The translations under genes and the position numbers were made by a program. A DNA stretch of 64,000 bases, from contig CAJFCJ010000002.1 in NCBI GenBank assembly GCA_904063045.1, forward strand, positions 744,001 through 808,000, in the 5' to 3' direction. This document shows, in pieces, positions 11,075 to 22,895 of this stretch (position 1 is its first letter; every line of letters starts with the position of its first letter). This DNA comes from Dimorphilus gyrociliatus. Its lineage: Eukaryota; Animalia; Annelida. Below the pieces are notes generated by a model. It saw nothing but the letters and a program-made list of their open reading frames with translations. It had not been told where the DNA came from and made no database searches.

Positions 11075-13262
11075 CTAATAAAAAGATTTGTAGTACAATG
11101 ATCCATATAGAGTTGTTAAAGGGAAACGGAAGTGAGCTAAGAGCGATGAAGCTCGTCCATCCATGTTCTTTGCAGATTCGGGCCAATCGAATTCTTCATC
11201 ATGGATCACTTGTCTTCTAGAAAACTGTTTAAGTTTTGTCGAGTTTTGCATACTAAAGTGCTTTAACTTATCATGGCATAGCTCGAACGGTAACTGGACA
11301 AATCCCTCTGTCAAATTCGATTCTGATGAGTAGAATACGAAACATGTAAAAGTCTTGCTTTCACGATTCACTACGACAATATAGCGTCCTGGTATTTCAC
11401 TTTGCTTCATATCCCAGGCTTCTATACAGTCATATGTGCTGATGAAGGGCTGTGAACACTTACTTCTATCTCTTATCAATCGAAAATATTCCCTATTTTC
11501 ATTATAACTCAATTTAACAGGGCATTTCATTGCTGGACTTATTGAAAAAGTTTGATTAAGAAATGATTTGTTGAATGGCCTGCACGCGACAAAAGAAGTA
11601 ACTTTTGCCTCTTTTTTCTTGGCTGGTAACCAATGAGACTTCGTAAATGGATGAAACGAATCGCCATAAGAATCGAATGGAAAACTTTTGCAATCTACAC
11701 GGAAATTTTCTGTTGGTGGTGGCCATTTATATGCTTGAGATAACCTAAATCTAATAACGAGAATGTCTTAATAAAAAAATACAATCTAATGAAATACTTG
11801 ACTTACTTTAAGATAAATGGACTCTTCATTAACAATTTCAAACACAAATAACGGTTACTACAGCCATTTTTAAACTGTCTAACAAGCATTAAATGAAATT
11901 CTCCCTTTGCGACATCAATACATTTGTCACCTCTTTTTCCTATATCCCATTTAATACTTTGATAGATTTGATCATTCAAAAAGATCTTCCCGTTCCTTTC
12001 AATTTTAAGAGATACTCTTATATCATTTGAAGTCGTTGTCCACTCTCCGATTAACAAATCAGGAGGGGTACATAAGAAAGGCTTTTCATCAGAGCAGACT
12101 CCACTTTGTCTCGGACAATTTTCGTAGTAATATGTATCCAAATGTTTGGATTTAGATTTATTTTGGGGGCAGATATGCTAAACAACGACGAATAAAAAAT
12201 TTATTTAGAGAAAAATAGGGTTTGTATATATTCTAACCGGTGATTCTCGAGGACAAAATTCATAATTTTTTCTAGATTCATAGCTCCATAAATATAAATC
12301 AATGAATTTGCCAGTGGAATCGACCGTCAAATCTCTGAATAGCTTAGCTCTGATTAAGCCACCATGACTTTTTGGCATCCTTTTTAAGAGTGGTGTTAAT
12401 GATGGAAACTCTTGAAGAAAGATAACTCACCGCAGATTCCAAAAAAACTCTTGATTATCTCGTTTTAAAATTATATTATAATTTTTCTTGTCATGTTTCC
12501 AAAATGCAATACAATGCAGTCTCTGATTTAAAGACATATTAATTTTAGGTATGCATTGCGGCTTTCCCCACCTTTCAAAGTGAACAAAAATTTTGTTAGG
12601 AATATTTTGTCGAAAGGAATTCTTCTCTTAGATACTTACTGAAAAATTAATCCTTCCCCAGTCTCACATTCACTCTCTATTCTCTGTAGATGTAATCTTT
12701 CACATAAATTTCCTGTCACTGTTTTGCCCACGAAAAATCGGTAAACACCGTGAAACGGGCATTTGGAGAACTCAAATTTTGGACTGCTTGTTATCCAAAT
12801 CCATGGATCAAGAATTAAATTTTCTTTTGAACACAAATATCTAGCTAACTCTAGCTTTCTCGTACCTTTTGATTTTTCCATCTGAACAACGTTTAAACTT
12901 CTTTTTATAAAATGAACACACCTGTAGCTCGATTTTGAATTTATTTTCGATTGATAAAGAATTATAAACTTCCTTTCATGCAATAATTCCAAGCATTTCA
13001 TCAAATAAACGAATTTATATAACTTTTTCTGATCATTCCTGTGAAAAACTTTAACAATACCTCCTTTAACCATATAGTCTGTTGTATAATTCGAATATCT
13101 CTTTTCCACAATATGACTCTTCCAAAAACGATGTGTAATCGATAGCCATCCATCTCTTGTATAAGATTGTAAAAATTCAGGAAATTTACACTTAGATGTA
13201 TATGCAATACAAAAATATTGCAATACCAGAATGAAAATGTACAGTCGAGGGACACCGTTCAT
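11075..13262 (-). CDS. Secreted multi-module Cys-rich protein of unknown function (multi-exon; APCDD1-like repeat character)
   Basis: Signal peptide, then repeated CxFP/CPFxGxY/CP modules with 'Y.C..F..RS.NVVQ' and 'F.CFVF' strands. Coding segments at 12636-13262, about 12410-12530, 11803-12141 and 11075-11740 are flanked by GT/AG. Middle exon joins are not fully resolved. Confidence 0.7.
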
Positions 13263-15053
13263 TCTCTTAATTTCATCTCCTCGGGTAAGGCAAACGAGGG
13301 CGACATCTAGCAGTCATAAGTGACTATCTAATTAAAATCTTTGGCCCTTAAAGTGAATATAAGTAACCAATTTTTGTCCTATCAACAGATTACTTGCTAT
13401 TTCAGTCGGACAATCGATATACATAATAATACTGCATAAGTCTTATATTTTACTCATCATTGTACAACTTGTAACGGAATAGTAAATGCTTGCAATGTAA
13501 ATCTTATTGTAAACATAATCATATCCTTTAATTTTTCATAGATTGTTTATACATTAGAAGACTTTTAGTTTGTCTGAGATGCTTCAGCATTTTATGAACA
13601 AAAGATGGCGCCGTGGCATATCATCATCAGATTTAATTGAGTATTCAATAGAAATTTAATTGAAAGTATGATCATTAACATAATATTGTTTGTCAAAATT
13701 AATTTCTGAATGACACATTGAATTTTTCAATCCCTATCTCATTTTAATAACAAGTTTTAAAGAAGAACAACTATTAGTATGCTCTTCTAGTTGCATAACA
13801 ATTATATTTCCAAAAGATTCTTTTGCCGATTTTTATGCAACAGAGGAAAATCATACTGTTTTACTATATTATAATCATTCATCAAATATTCTTCAACAAT
13901 AAATATACTATTTTCATAATTTATTAGATTTTTCCAATAAAAGTAAGATCAATGACTGCTGACGTTTTTTTATTATCGCAAATTGCAAGTAATTATCACA
14001 GCTACGGTTTCAATCTGTCAGAGTATTTTAAATGTCTTACACGTATACATTGTATATTAACTTTGTAATATACAGCATATAGTTTGTTTTAAAGTATAAC
14101 TGACTGTTCTTTTCAAATATATACTATTACTTATACTATATTTTGTACACTATTAAAGGTATATGTTTGGAGCTTTGTTATCAATATTTGCTTCTAACAT
14201 TGTTAGAAGGTTTTATTTATAAACAAAGCTAGACTGTAACTCCAGTTTAGTGACATACGTCACCAACCATTGATCTCAACGGTTGCTGGAATACATCCTA
14301 TTGACCAGCCTGTAAATTAACACACCAACAATACCTAAACTCCTTTTATCGCTCAGAAAAGTTTTAACTTTAACTTTCTATTATTCATTAGAAAATAGAT
14401 AGAAATTTTAATTCATTTATGTGTTAAATTATCTTTGTAACTTTCTTAACATCATCAGAGTAGATAATACAATTTCAAAAGTGCGCTTAAAATTGTTGAA
14501 AAACTAATCACTCTACTGTTGCTGTCCTCTAAGATTTAGAAATTTTATTTCAGTGGCCCAAGAGAATCGATGGTGGAATTTTATTACAACAGCTTTTAAT
14601 TTTCTGCCTTCTTTCTCCAATAATACAAGGTAATGAAGATAAAAAGTACTTATATTTATGTGTATCCATTATCTGGATCCCTTTCACATACAATAAACTA
14701 GAGAGTTATATAATTTTGAATATAATTTATACTATTGTAGATGTAAAAGAAATTATTAACAAAGAGGACCTAGTTTGTTAGTACAGAAGTTACCAGCTAA
14801 CAAATAATTGAATTTTGTAATATTTCTCTGAGCAGCACAAACATAGGTTAATCAATCTCTAATTAGCTCACATGTTAATTTTCTTTCCAAGACCAGCCCT
14901 TATTGTTAAAAATTGTTTCATAATTATTAACGATGAACTATTAAGTTCAACAGTTTGTTCAATATTTTATGATAGAATACTAATTACGCATGTACATATA
15001 TGATTAGAAAACTGCCAGAGTGTTGTAAAATTTATCACTTTTTAGAATAGCCA

Positions 15054-15920
15054 ATGGCAGTTACATCTGCTAAAAGATTGGATCATTGGATTATTAGGAA
15101 CACAGGTAAACATAGAGCTCCTGGAATATGTGCAGCCCTCTTCGGATTTTTATTAATGTTTACTGGAATTTTGGTTTTAACTGTTGGCAAATCGGTATCC
15201 AAAAAAGGAAAAGTTAACAAAAGTATTTCAGACTTGGAAGACGCTGGGCCTGCGTTTCTTTCTATAGGAATTTTGTTGATATTAATAGGATTCACTTATC
15301 AGTATATAAGGCACAAAAGATTCAAAAAAGCCTTAACTGAAAAACGAAAGCGGAAACTTGAAGGACGAGCAAATGACTATGTAATGACGGACGATGAACA
15401 TTTTGAGGGTATCGATTCTTTAGATCCTGTTGAAGAATTCCAAATGGACGAACCATCTACTTCGACTGGTATAGTTTTAAATGTTGTTTCACTTCCCAAT
15501 AATTCTGTTCAGAGCGAAAACTTTTTACCTGAGATTGTAACTGAAACTGTTCCTAAGAATGATCATTCAAATGAAATTATTCCTCCACGACCTCCTCGTA
15601 GCCATTCCGCAAGAAGCCTGAGACGACCTTCTTTGCAACCTAATCAAAGATCGCTTTCTCAAACTAATATTCAACAAGCGAGTGAAGAAATAGAACAAAT
15701 CGAACAAATCGAACAAATCGAAGACCTCAGTTTGAATGAAAAGTCACCCCAAAAAACTAAAAAACACCTAGGAAAGCAGAAAGGTACGGGCAATAACATT
15801 CTTACAGTTGACTGCATCCCGTCTCTCCGAGACTCTCCTTCTCAAGACTATATACCTAAAGCAGTTTCTAAAGGGTTCTCTAATTTCTATAGTTCGACAA
15901 AAAGCGAATCAGGTTGTTAA
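15054..15920 (+). CDS. Two-TM membrane protein with a long disordered Ser/Pro-rich cytoplasmic tail, intronless
   Basis: 288-aa ORF with two hydrophobic helices (ICAALFGFLLMFTGILVLTVG; AGPAFLSIGILLILIGFTY) followed by a basic stop-transfer cluster. No family assignment. Confidence 0.75.
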   Translation: MAVTSAKRLDHWIIRNTGKHRAPGICAALFGFLLMFTGILVLTVGKSVSKKGKVNKSISDLEDAGPAFLSIGILLILIGFTYQYIRHKRFKKALTEKRKRKLEGRANDYVMTDDEHFEGIDSLDPVEEFQMDEPSTSTGIVLNVVSLPNNSVQSENFLPEIVTETVPKNDHSNEIIPPRPPRSHSARSLRRPSLQPNQRSLSQTNIQQASEEIEQIEQIEQIEDLSLNEKSPQKTKKHLGKQKGTGNNILTVDCIPSLRDSPSQDYIPKAVSKGFSNFYSSTKSESGC

Positions 15921-16377
15921 AATATGTTTAAATGAATTCTGCTTGACAGAAACCATTTATGTAATGGTTAATACTATTTATTTTTATGAATATGATATAA
16001 CAGTCACTTAAGAAAGTCTTCAAAGTTGAAATTTAGTAAGTCAAACATGGCTGCCCTCATAAACATTGTTATCAATGCATAATGAAATATTTTTTTAATC
16101 ATTGTTCTTGTTTATACATTCTTGTGCTCCTCTGCGCCAATGACTAACTCACTGTTGAACAAAAAAAATATTATCAATTTTAATTAGCAATTCTCCTATA
16201 AAGTGTCTTATTAAACCATCAACAAAAAGTCAGAACATTTTATGTTAAAAGTTTTCAATGTAACAAATACTTTGGTTATACTGTAAAATTAATAACAAAA
16301 AGTATACTTTGTTAGTCTCAAAGATTTGTGCATTAAATTTTGACTTTTTATAGTAATACCTGATCCATTTACTATTT

Positions 16378-18649
16378 CTATTTAGCCCACATTTTAGTTG
16401 CTAGTTCACTGAATTTTCAAAGGAATAGTAAGAAAGAAATTTTGAAAAAATATGAAAAGTATTGGATAGCCCAAAAGTATGTAGATAGGACTTCTTTTAG
16501 AATTATAGGCTTATTGAAAAATATTACCTAAAATCGATTTCACCGTCTCCGTCTTGATCTAAAGCTTTAATCAGTTGCTCTATTTGCTCAGACGACAATG
16601 GTATTTTTGCTTCCTGTTTTAATAGCAATATTTTAACTATAAGAAAGAATTTTATTTATCGTCCTACTTTTAGACCCTGTTTAAATTCATCATATGTGAC
16701 GCTCATTGAGCCATCTTCATCAAATTTTGAAAATAATTCAGCTAAATTTAAATTATTTTCAGCCATGTACTCTTTCATTGCGTTCATAGCCTCTTCAACG
16801 ACGTCATATTCTTTTAATTTTCTTTGACCGTAGGAATCTGAATATCCATGCTTGATAGTTAAATCTGGATATTTTTCCTGGAGATTTGTAAGAGAAGCTA
16901 CAAATTCCTTTGTCCTAAATACAAGCTCCTGAAAGCAGAAAAGTTATGACTGAATTTTTTTAAAGCAGTTAACTAGTTTAAACGTAAATATTTTACAACC
17001 GATAAGTCTAGTAATTCCAGTGTCAAATCATCTAGTTTATACACCATATTTAACATCAAAATTGCTGTTTCTTCATTCAGATTATTTCTGCCCAGCTATT
17101 ATTAATTACAAATTGAATATCTATAATAAATATTTTAAAGGTAGTATTTTTACTTTTAATATTTTTAAATCATTGTTATTTTTCAGAGATGCAATAATTT
17201 TCAAAGCTCCTTCAGCTGAAATTCTATTAGCAGACAAATCTAATTCTTGAAGTACACAGTTCTTAAGAGCATCGGCCAAACCTAAAGCGCCTTTATCTTC
17301 AAATCCATTCCAAGACAAGTCTAATATTTTCAATGTTACATTATCCTGAGCAAAGTTTATATAAACTAATATGACTTCATACTTTATGAAAGAAATGTTT
17401 AACAAAATATAAAAATATCCTAATCTTACTTGCATGCCTTGAGCAAGTTTAAAAGCTCCTGGCATTCTTATTTTGTTCCATCTTAAATGCAATTCTTGGA
17501 GCACTTCATTTTCAGCTAAATATTAGTAAAAATGGAAGTATAAGGCATGGAAAGTAATTTAAATATTATTCATAAATGATCTCGATTGGTTAAATTAACC
17601 TAAAACTTTTTTAAATACGTATCCCGAAGGTGATCCAAATTCATTACGACTTAAATTTAAGTGTCGTAAAACTGCATGCTCTGTAATTGATTCGCAAAGC
17701 ATTTCAGCATCAGCATCAGTTAAACCATTATCTGTTGTTTGAGAAAGATTAGAATTTTTTGGAATAAGTATCCAATGACTGACCTTCCAGATTTAAGCTT
17801 ACTAAATTACTATTATCAACTAGCATTCGACTGACTAATCGACTTCCATTAAAAGCATGAATTTTGTTTTCAGAAATGTCCTGTTTTAAAATCATTCAAT
17901 AATGTTTAATTTTATTTAATTTTAATATATACCAAATCGGCTACAGATGTATTTTCTGACATCATTTGACAAACGTATTTTAAACCTTCTTCTCTGAGGT
18001 CATTTCCACGCAAGTTCAGCTTGACTATTTTTGTATTGAACTGAAAAAAATATAATATACGTCTTTAACAGCTAAACCTAAAGCAAAACATACAACAAGA
18101 GGAATAGCTAAAGCCATAGCTTCTTTCGGCCCAAGTCCATAATTTTGAAAATCAATTTCAGTCGCATTAGCAAGTTTTTTTTGGAGAGAATTTGAGGGCA
18201 GAGCTTTAAATTTTCGACAAGCGCTACCATAAATTTTCAACCCTGTTTCATCATATTCAGAAGGTTCTTCTGTTAAATCAAGAATTGTCTCTAAATCTTC
18301 CTCTTTAGCAGCTTCATATTCTTCTGGTACTGTTTTTTCTGTGCAGGAACTGCTTCTTGACTTCATTTCGTTTGGGTCTACCAATGTGTTCCTAGATCCA
18401 GTCGAAACTTTCTTGATCTTTTGTCTATAAGTTTATAAAATTTTTATATGATCCCCAATTCCTCTGAAAATAATTTAACCGATTATTGTTAGAAGTTGAA
18501 ATTTTTCCTGAATGACGATCATTCAAGTAGAAATTTTCGATAAATTCATTTGTTGGTATTTTTGATAATGCAGGTGGTTTGTAATCCGGATCGTTTGAGT
18601 TCTTTGAAAGAATATTAAATGGATTTATTTCAGTTAACTTTTTAAGCAA
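16378..18649 (-). CDS. LRRC74: LRRC74-like leucine-rich-repeat protein with C-terminal EF-hands (5' boundary uncertain)
   Basis: Y..AC....P......L....I....YGLGPKEAMALAIPL start of the LRR region; RI-type LRRs (LQELHLRWNKI, LKILDLSWNGF, LQELDLSANRI); EF-hand loops DEDGSMSVTYDE and DQDGDGEIDFSE. Last exon ends ELATKMWAK-TAG at 16378. Confidence 0.8.
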
Positions 18650-20160
18650 TTAAAACCCTAAACCTTCAATATTTCGATCCACTTTTCTTGATCCATAAAA
18701 ATTTTAAGTTCCTAAACCCTAATTTTAAAGCGTAAAAGTGCTATTATATAAATGTCTCAGTTTGGTCGTAACCAACGAAAACACTTAGTAAAATAATTTG
18801 AGATTGTTGGAAATTTTGTGTTTGATTACCTGCTGAATTGTAAATACCCTTTGATTTGTGAATAGCTAGAAATATTCTTTTAGCTATTTACCTAATGTGG
18901 TATTAAACGGCTCTTTCACTAAAAAGCTTAATTATAGAGCTATTTTATAGGAGTTCCTTTATAAACTAAAAATATTCGTAATACTTGCTGTTTAAAGAAA
19001 TTATAGAAAAAAATATCTTCCAATGAACTTACCTTGTTTTCAGTCCTAGTGTCTTTGAAATGATTATAAATTAACTCTCATTTCATACGCGCTTTCAATA
19101 TGGAATCTTTTGTGAAAAACACTTAAATGCAGTTTTCGTCCTGAATACTTCAACGCAACGCCATAAAAGAAATGTGCGTTCGATTATTTGGCGGTCTATT
19201 TCAATGGAGCGTTATTAAACATAATAATCAAGGGGCGCAGTTCTAATCGAATTGAAAGAGGTCATTTTAATTAGTTATTGCTGAAGCTTAGAAGCTATAG
19301 AGATTGTTTCTAATATCTCTATTGTTTACATAGTATTGTAATAAAACAAATTGAAAAGTGATTCGTCTTGGCATGATATTTTAAAAGAAATATAAATTTT
19401 ATCGATAAATTATGGAAGTAGTCCCAAGTAAGATTAATCTTACCCTATACGCCGTAACGATTGACTGCTTTTGTAAAAGCAGAGCACATCATATGCTATA
19501 TGACATCTGCACCAGTAAAGTACTTTCTTTATCTTTCGGAGGCAAATTTAATACAATATAAGTAATTTAAAAATGAGCTGTCATGCCATTATTATTCATA
19601 TCATACAATAAATACATCAGAATTGTGTACTTTTATAATCATAAAAAATAATACAGCTATTCGGATATATAGTTTACACTAATTAAAAATTAGTACTGAG
19701 AAGCAAAAGATATTTATAATACCATCTCTTCCTGACTAACAAAAAAAAACAAATTAATTCTATTATATCAAGCTGCTAGAGCTGCAGCATAGGTACTTAT
19801 ATCCACCTAATAATAACACTGTCTATGATAACAACAGCTTTCATTCATAACAATTAATCCAACAGGAGTATTAAAAGAATAATCATAAAATCGTTTTTAA
19901 CAGCATTTTTTTCTAAGAGCCTATATTAAAAAACTTACTTAAACAGTTTGATAAGTTCTTAAGATTACTATCCTCCATTATATGTTATATAAGATCATTA
20001 CATATAAAAATATATGTTTAAAATACCCTTTCACTGATTTCTCATGCTCTGTTTGAAACACGTTTAAGTATTTGATTCAATGAGATTAGTTATCCAATTA
20101 AACTCTGTATCTCCTAAAACTCTAAAGCTTAAATAAGTACATGTTTCATCTCTTATTTTA

Positions 20161-20434
20161 TCAACTACAGGTAAAGAGGTTTACAGAAAATTTGGAACAT
20201 ACAGTTTCGGCATCTTTAACACTTGTTCCAGTTCTTGAGAATGTTGGTTTCGTTCGCTCACTATGAACAAGCTTTGAAACTTTTGAACGATCTTTCTTCT
20301 ATTAATTACAAATAAGAAAATTTGTTTTGATTGCGTATCAAATTATTAGGAGTTACCAAGGAAGTCTGTTTTCTTGCTGGCAAGTTATCTTTTGCAACTC
20401 GATCAATTTCATCGTTTACATCCTCGTTGTTCAT
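20161..20434 (-). CDS. Putative small two-exon gene (71 aa) or distal 5' exons of LRRC74
   Basis: join(20434..20357, 20298..20161) with a 58-nt GTAACT...TAATAG phase-0 intron, giving MNNEDVNDEIDRVAKDNLPARKQTSL|KKDRSKVSKLVHSERTKPTFSRTGTSVKDAETVCSKFSVNLFTCS*. No homology recognised. Confidence 0.4.
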
Positions 20435-21191
20435 TATTTACTTCGAAAGCCTAATGAATGACTGAAAAGTTGAATATTTTTGTTTTCTTCTTGTACAGTA
20501 GCAAATTTTTTGCGTAGTGAGTACGTGCAAGGCATTGAACAGAAGTCAAAAAATAGTTTGCAGAGTAAATATTGAATATAAACAGTTGAAAAGATACAAT
20601 ACGGTTATAGGAATACTTTAGGGTAATGAATTCGGTCTCATTGTATTTGGCTTAAAAAAGTCATTAAAAAATTCCTTTTCTATGATTTGATTGGTAATAT
20701 ATTGTTTATATATCTATAAGGAATTGAATAGTTATTGTGAATCGGAATTTAACATATTTTAGATAACACAATTTACGAAATTATTTTTGTTGATAATATG
20801 GTTCTCATCTCCTGTTGTCTTTCTAGATCTTTGATAGGACATTTAGGACAATTATCTTGACCTCTAAGTTTTACTATAAAAACAATATTTTTTCTAACGA
20901 TTTCGTATTTTTTAACATAAATTAAAGTACGTGTATATAAGATGCAGTAGTTATGTCGTTTTCGTGTATGATGGAAAGAAGCTGAATAGTGGTGTTTTAA
21001 ATATTTGAATCAATGAATACGTATGAAAATATCGCTTCTATAAGACTGCTTACGTTTGTAGCCTTCGTATAAAAGCCTCTTTTGAAAAAGCTACAAATGA
21101 ATATAGGACCGCGGTTGGCTGCTATTCAGTTTTTCTCCTACCTTCCGTATTCACTTGTTTATGGCCTTAATAAAACCGCTATGAAGGAAAT

Positions 21192-22895
21192 ATGTCCTTT
21201 TACCTGAGTTTGCTGATCTTTTTTCTAATTTACAATGTTAAACTTCAAGAAGTTGTTATTGATTCGTGCAAAAGAGGAGTAGTTGTAATAGATCTTACTT
21301 CAGGGCCCTGTTCTAAGATCACTTTGAAAGGATTGAATAATTCATGCGAATTTCGCTTATTACGTAACGACACTGTGCAATTAGAAGTATCCGCAATTAA
21401 TGTAAACGGAAGTGCTTTGACTTCGTTTTTGAACGAAATAAGTGATAATGTCATTATATCAAATTTGGAGTTGAAAAGAATTCATTTGGAGGAATTCGAT
21501 ATCAGATGGGCTTTTGGAAAATCTGATAATTTTTCATTGGCTACGAATGTGAAAATTGAAGAGGCGAGCATAAAAAAGTTGATGTGTTCATTAAACAAAA
21601 TTGAAAATAGGTTACTTAACCGATTTGAATGCTCTCGGTGTAATATATTGGAGTTTTCTCAACCTTTTACATATGTCACGTTGGATTTGGTTAGTTTTCA
21701 AGTCGTTGAAATAGATATTCTTAGTCAACAGTCTCTTGCCAAAGTCGATTGTAACATTGATTTATTAGTTTTTGACTCGTGGACTATTCCTTCATTGCAA
21801 AAAAATGCATTTGAAATGTGTCGAATGAAAACTGTCCGATTCGAAAATTACTATCGTTCAAAGGAAACAGATCGGAATGATTATGGTTTCTTTATATATA
21901 ATTTAACATCCTCAAGATCCATACAGCATTATACTGAAAAAATGGCAATTTCCAGTCCTCATATTAACTCTGATAGTCTTTTATTTTATAACAGTAGTTT
22001 CAAAGTATTAAATGATATTGATCTAGGGAGCTCTCGAATTCAATTTATCTTCCAAGAAGCCTTCCCTTTCTCTAAAGTTACTCTTACAGTCGCTCTCATT
22101 GAGCTCTCTACAGATCAATTCATTTATCCATCGTTTAAGCACACTAAAATTCTGTTCAAGCTCATATCTACTCAGACTGATACTTACTCTTTCATCTCTA
22201 TAAGGAAAGATGAAGGTATGGATATAAACAGAATATCAAGCAAAGTAAAGGGAATAATGTCAATAATTAAATATTCTACCCATCTCCAAATAACTTGTAC
22301 TCAAAGGATATCAGAAAAAGAATTCGCGCCAACTGAATTATTAATAATATCCAATAATTCTTATTGGATGACTCTTGTTATTAATGATAAAAATAGAACT
22401 GTATTAGAAATGCCTTATGCAGGAAGAGAATGGCCGATTGCTGGAAAGTGCCAAGGATTTCCAGCTTTTAATTTATCGGCTATATTGCACTTAAATATTA
22501 TTGAGACAGATAAAGAAACAACAAATGTAGCCATTACTTCTTCAATGCCATCATCTAGCCAAACATACAATCATTTTTCTACATATTCTGATTATAACAC
22601 TTCTAGTCATATGACGGAAGAGAAAACAACCTCTGCAAAATTAATCAATCCTTCTATTACAACTCTGGAGAGCATTAAAAAAAATGATGATAAAAACAGA
22701 ACAACAGCTATAGTAGGAATATGTATAGGAATCGTGTTCTTTTGTTTAATTATATTTTTCTTTATAATGAGAAGTATTCGAGATAGAAAAAAAAAATCAA
22801 CAAGAATCATAACTCCCTATGGAAAGAGCAATTTTCTAAGAAAGTTTTGTTTGGGCGAAGTCTCTAATCACAGAACAATAGAAACTCAAATATAA
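21192..22895 (+). CDS. Single-pass type I membrane protein: degenerate LRR-like ectodomain, Ser/Thr-rich stalk, TM, short tail
   Basis: 567-aa uninterrupted ORF with a signal peptide and LRR-like repeats (e.g. IPSLQKNAFEMCRMKTVRFE). The S/T-rich region precedes TM AIVGICIGIVFFCLIIFFFIM and an RSIRDRKKK stop-transfer. Confidence 0.75.
   Translation: MSFYLSLLIFFLIYNVKLQEVVIDSCKRGVVVIDLTSGPCSKITLKGLNNSCEFRLLRNDTVQLEVSAINVNGSALTSFLNEISDNVIISNLELKRIHLEEFDIRWAFGKSDNFSLATNVKIEEASIKKLMCSLNKIENRLLNRFECSRCNILEFSQPFTYVTLDLVSFQVVEIDILSQQSLAKVDCNIDLLVFDSWTIPSLQKNAFEMCRMKTVRFENYYRSKETDRNDYGFFIYNLTSSRSIQHYTEKMAISSPHINSDSLLFYNSSFKVLNDIDLGSSRIQFIFQEAFPFSKVTLTVALIELSTDQFIYPSFKHTKILFKLISTQTDTYSFISIRKDEGMDINRISSKVKGIMSIIKYSTHLQITCTQRISEKEFAPTELLIISNNSYWMTLVINDKNRTVLEMPYAGREWPIAGKCQGFPAFNLSAILHLNIIETDKETTNVAITSSMPSSSQTYNHFSTYSDYNTSSHMTEEKTTSAKLINPSITTLESIKKNDDKNRTTAIVGICIGIVFFCLIIFFFIMRSIRDRKKKSTRIITPYGKSNFLRKFCLGEVSNHRTIETQI

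Noticed and set aside
15693-15722. GAACAAATC x3 (EQI EQI EQI) tandem repeat
   Set aside because: A short in-frame slippage repeat in a disordered tail; no evidence of function.
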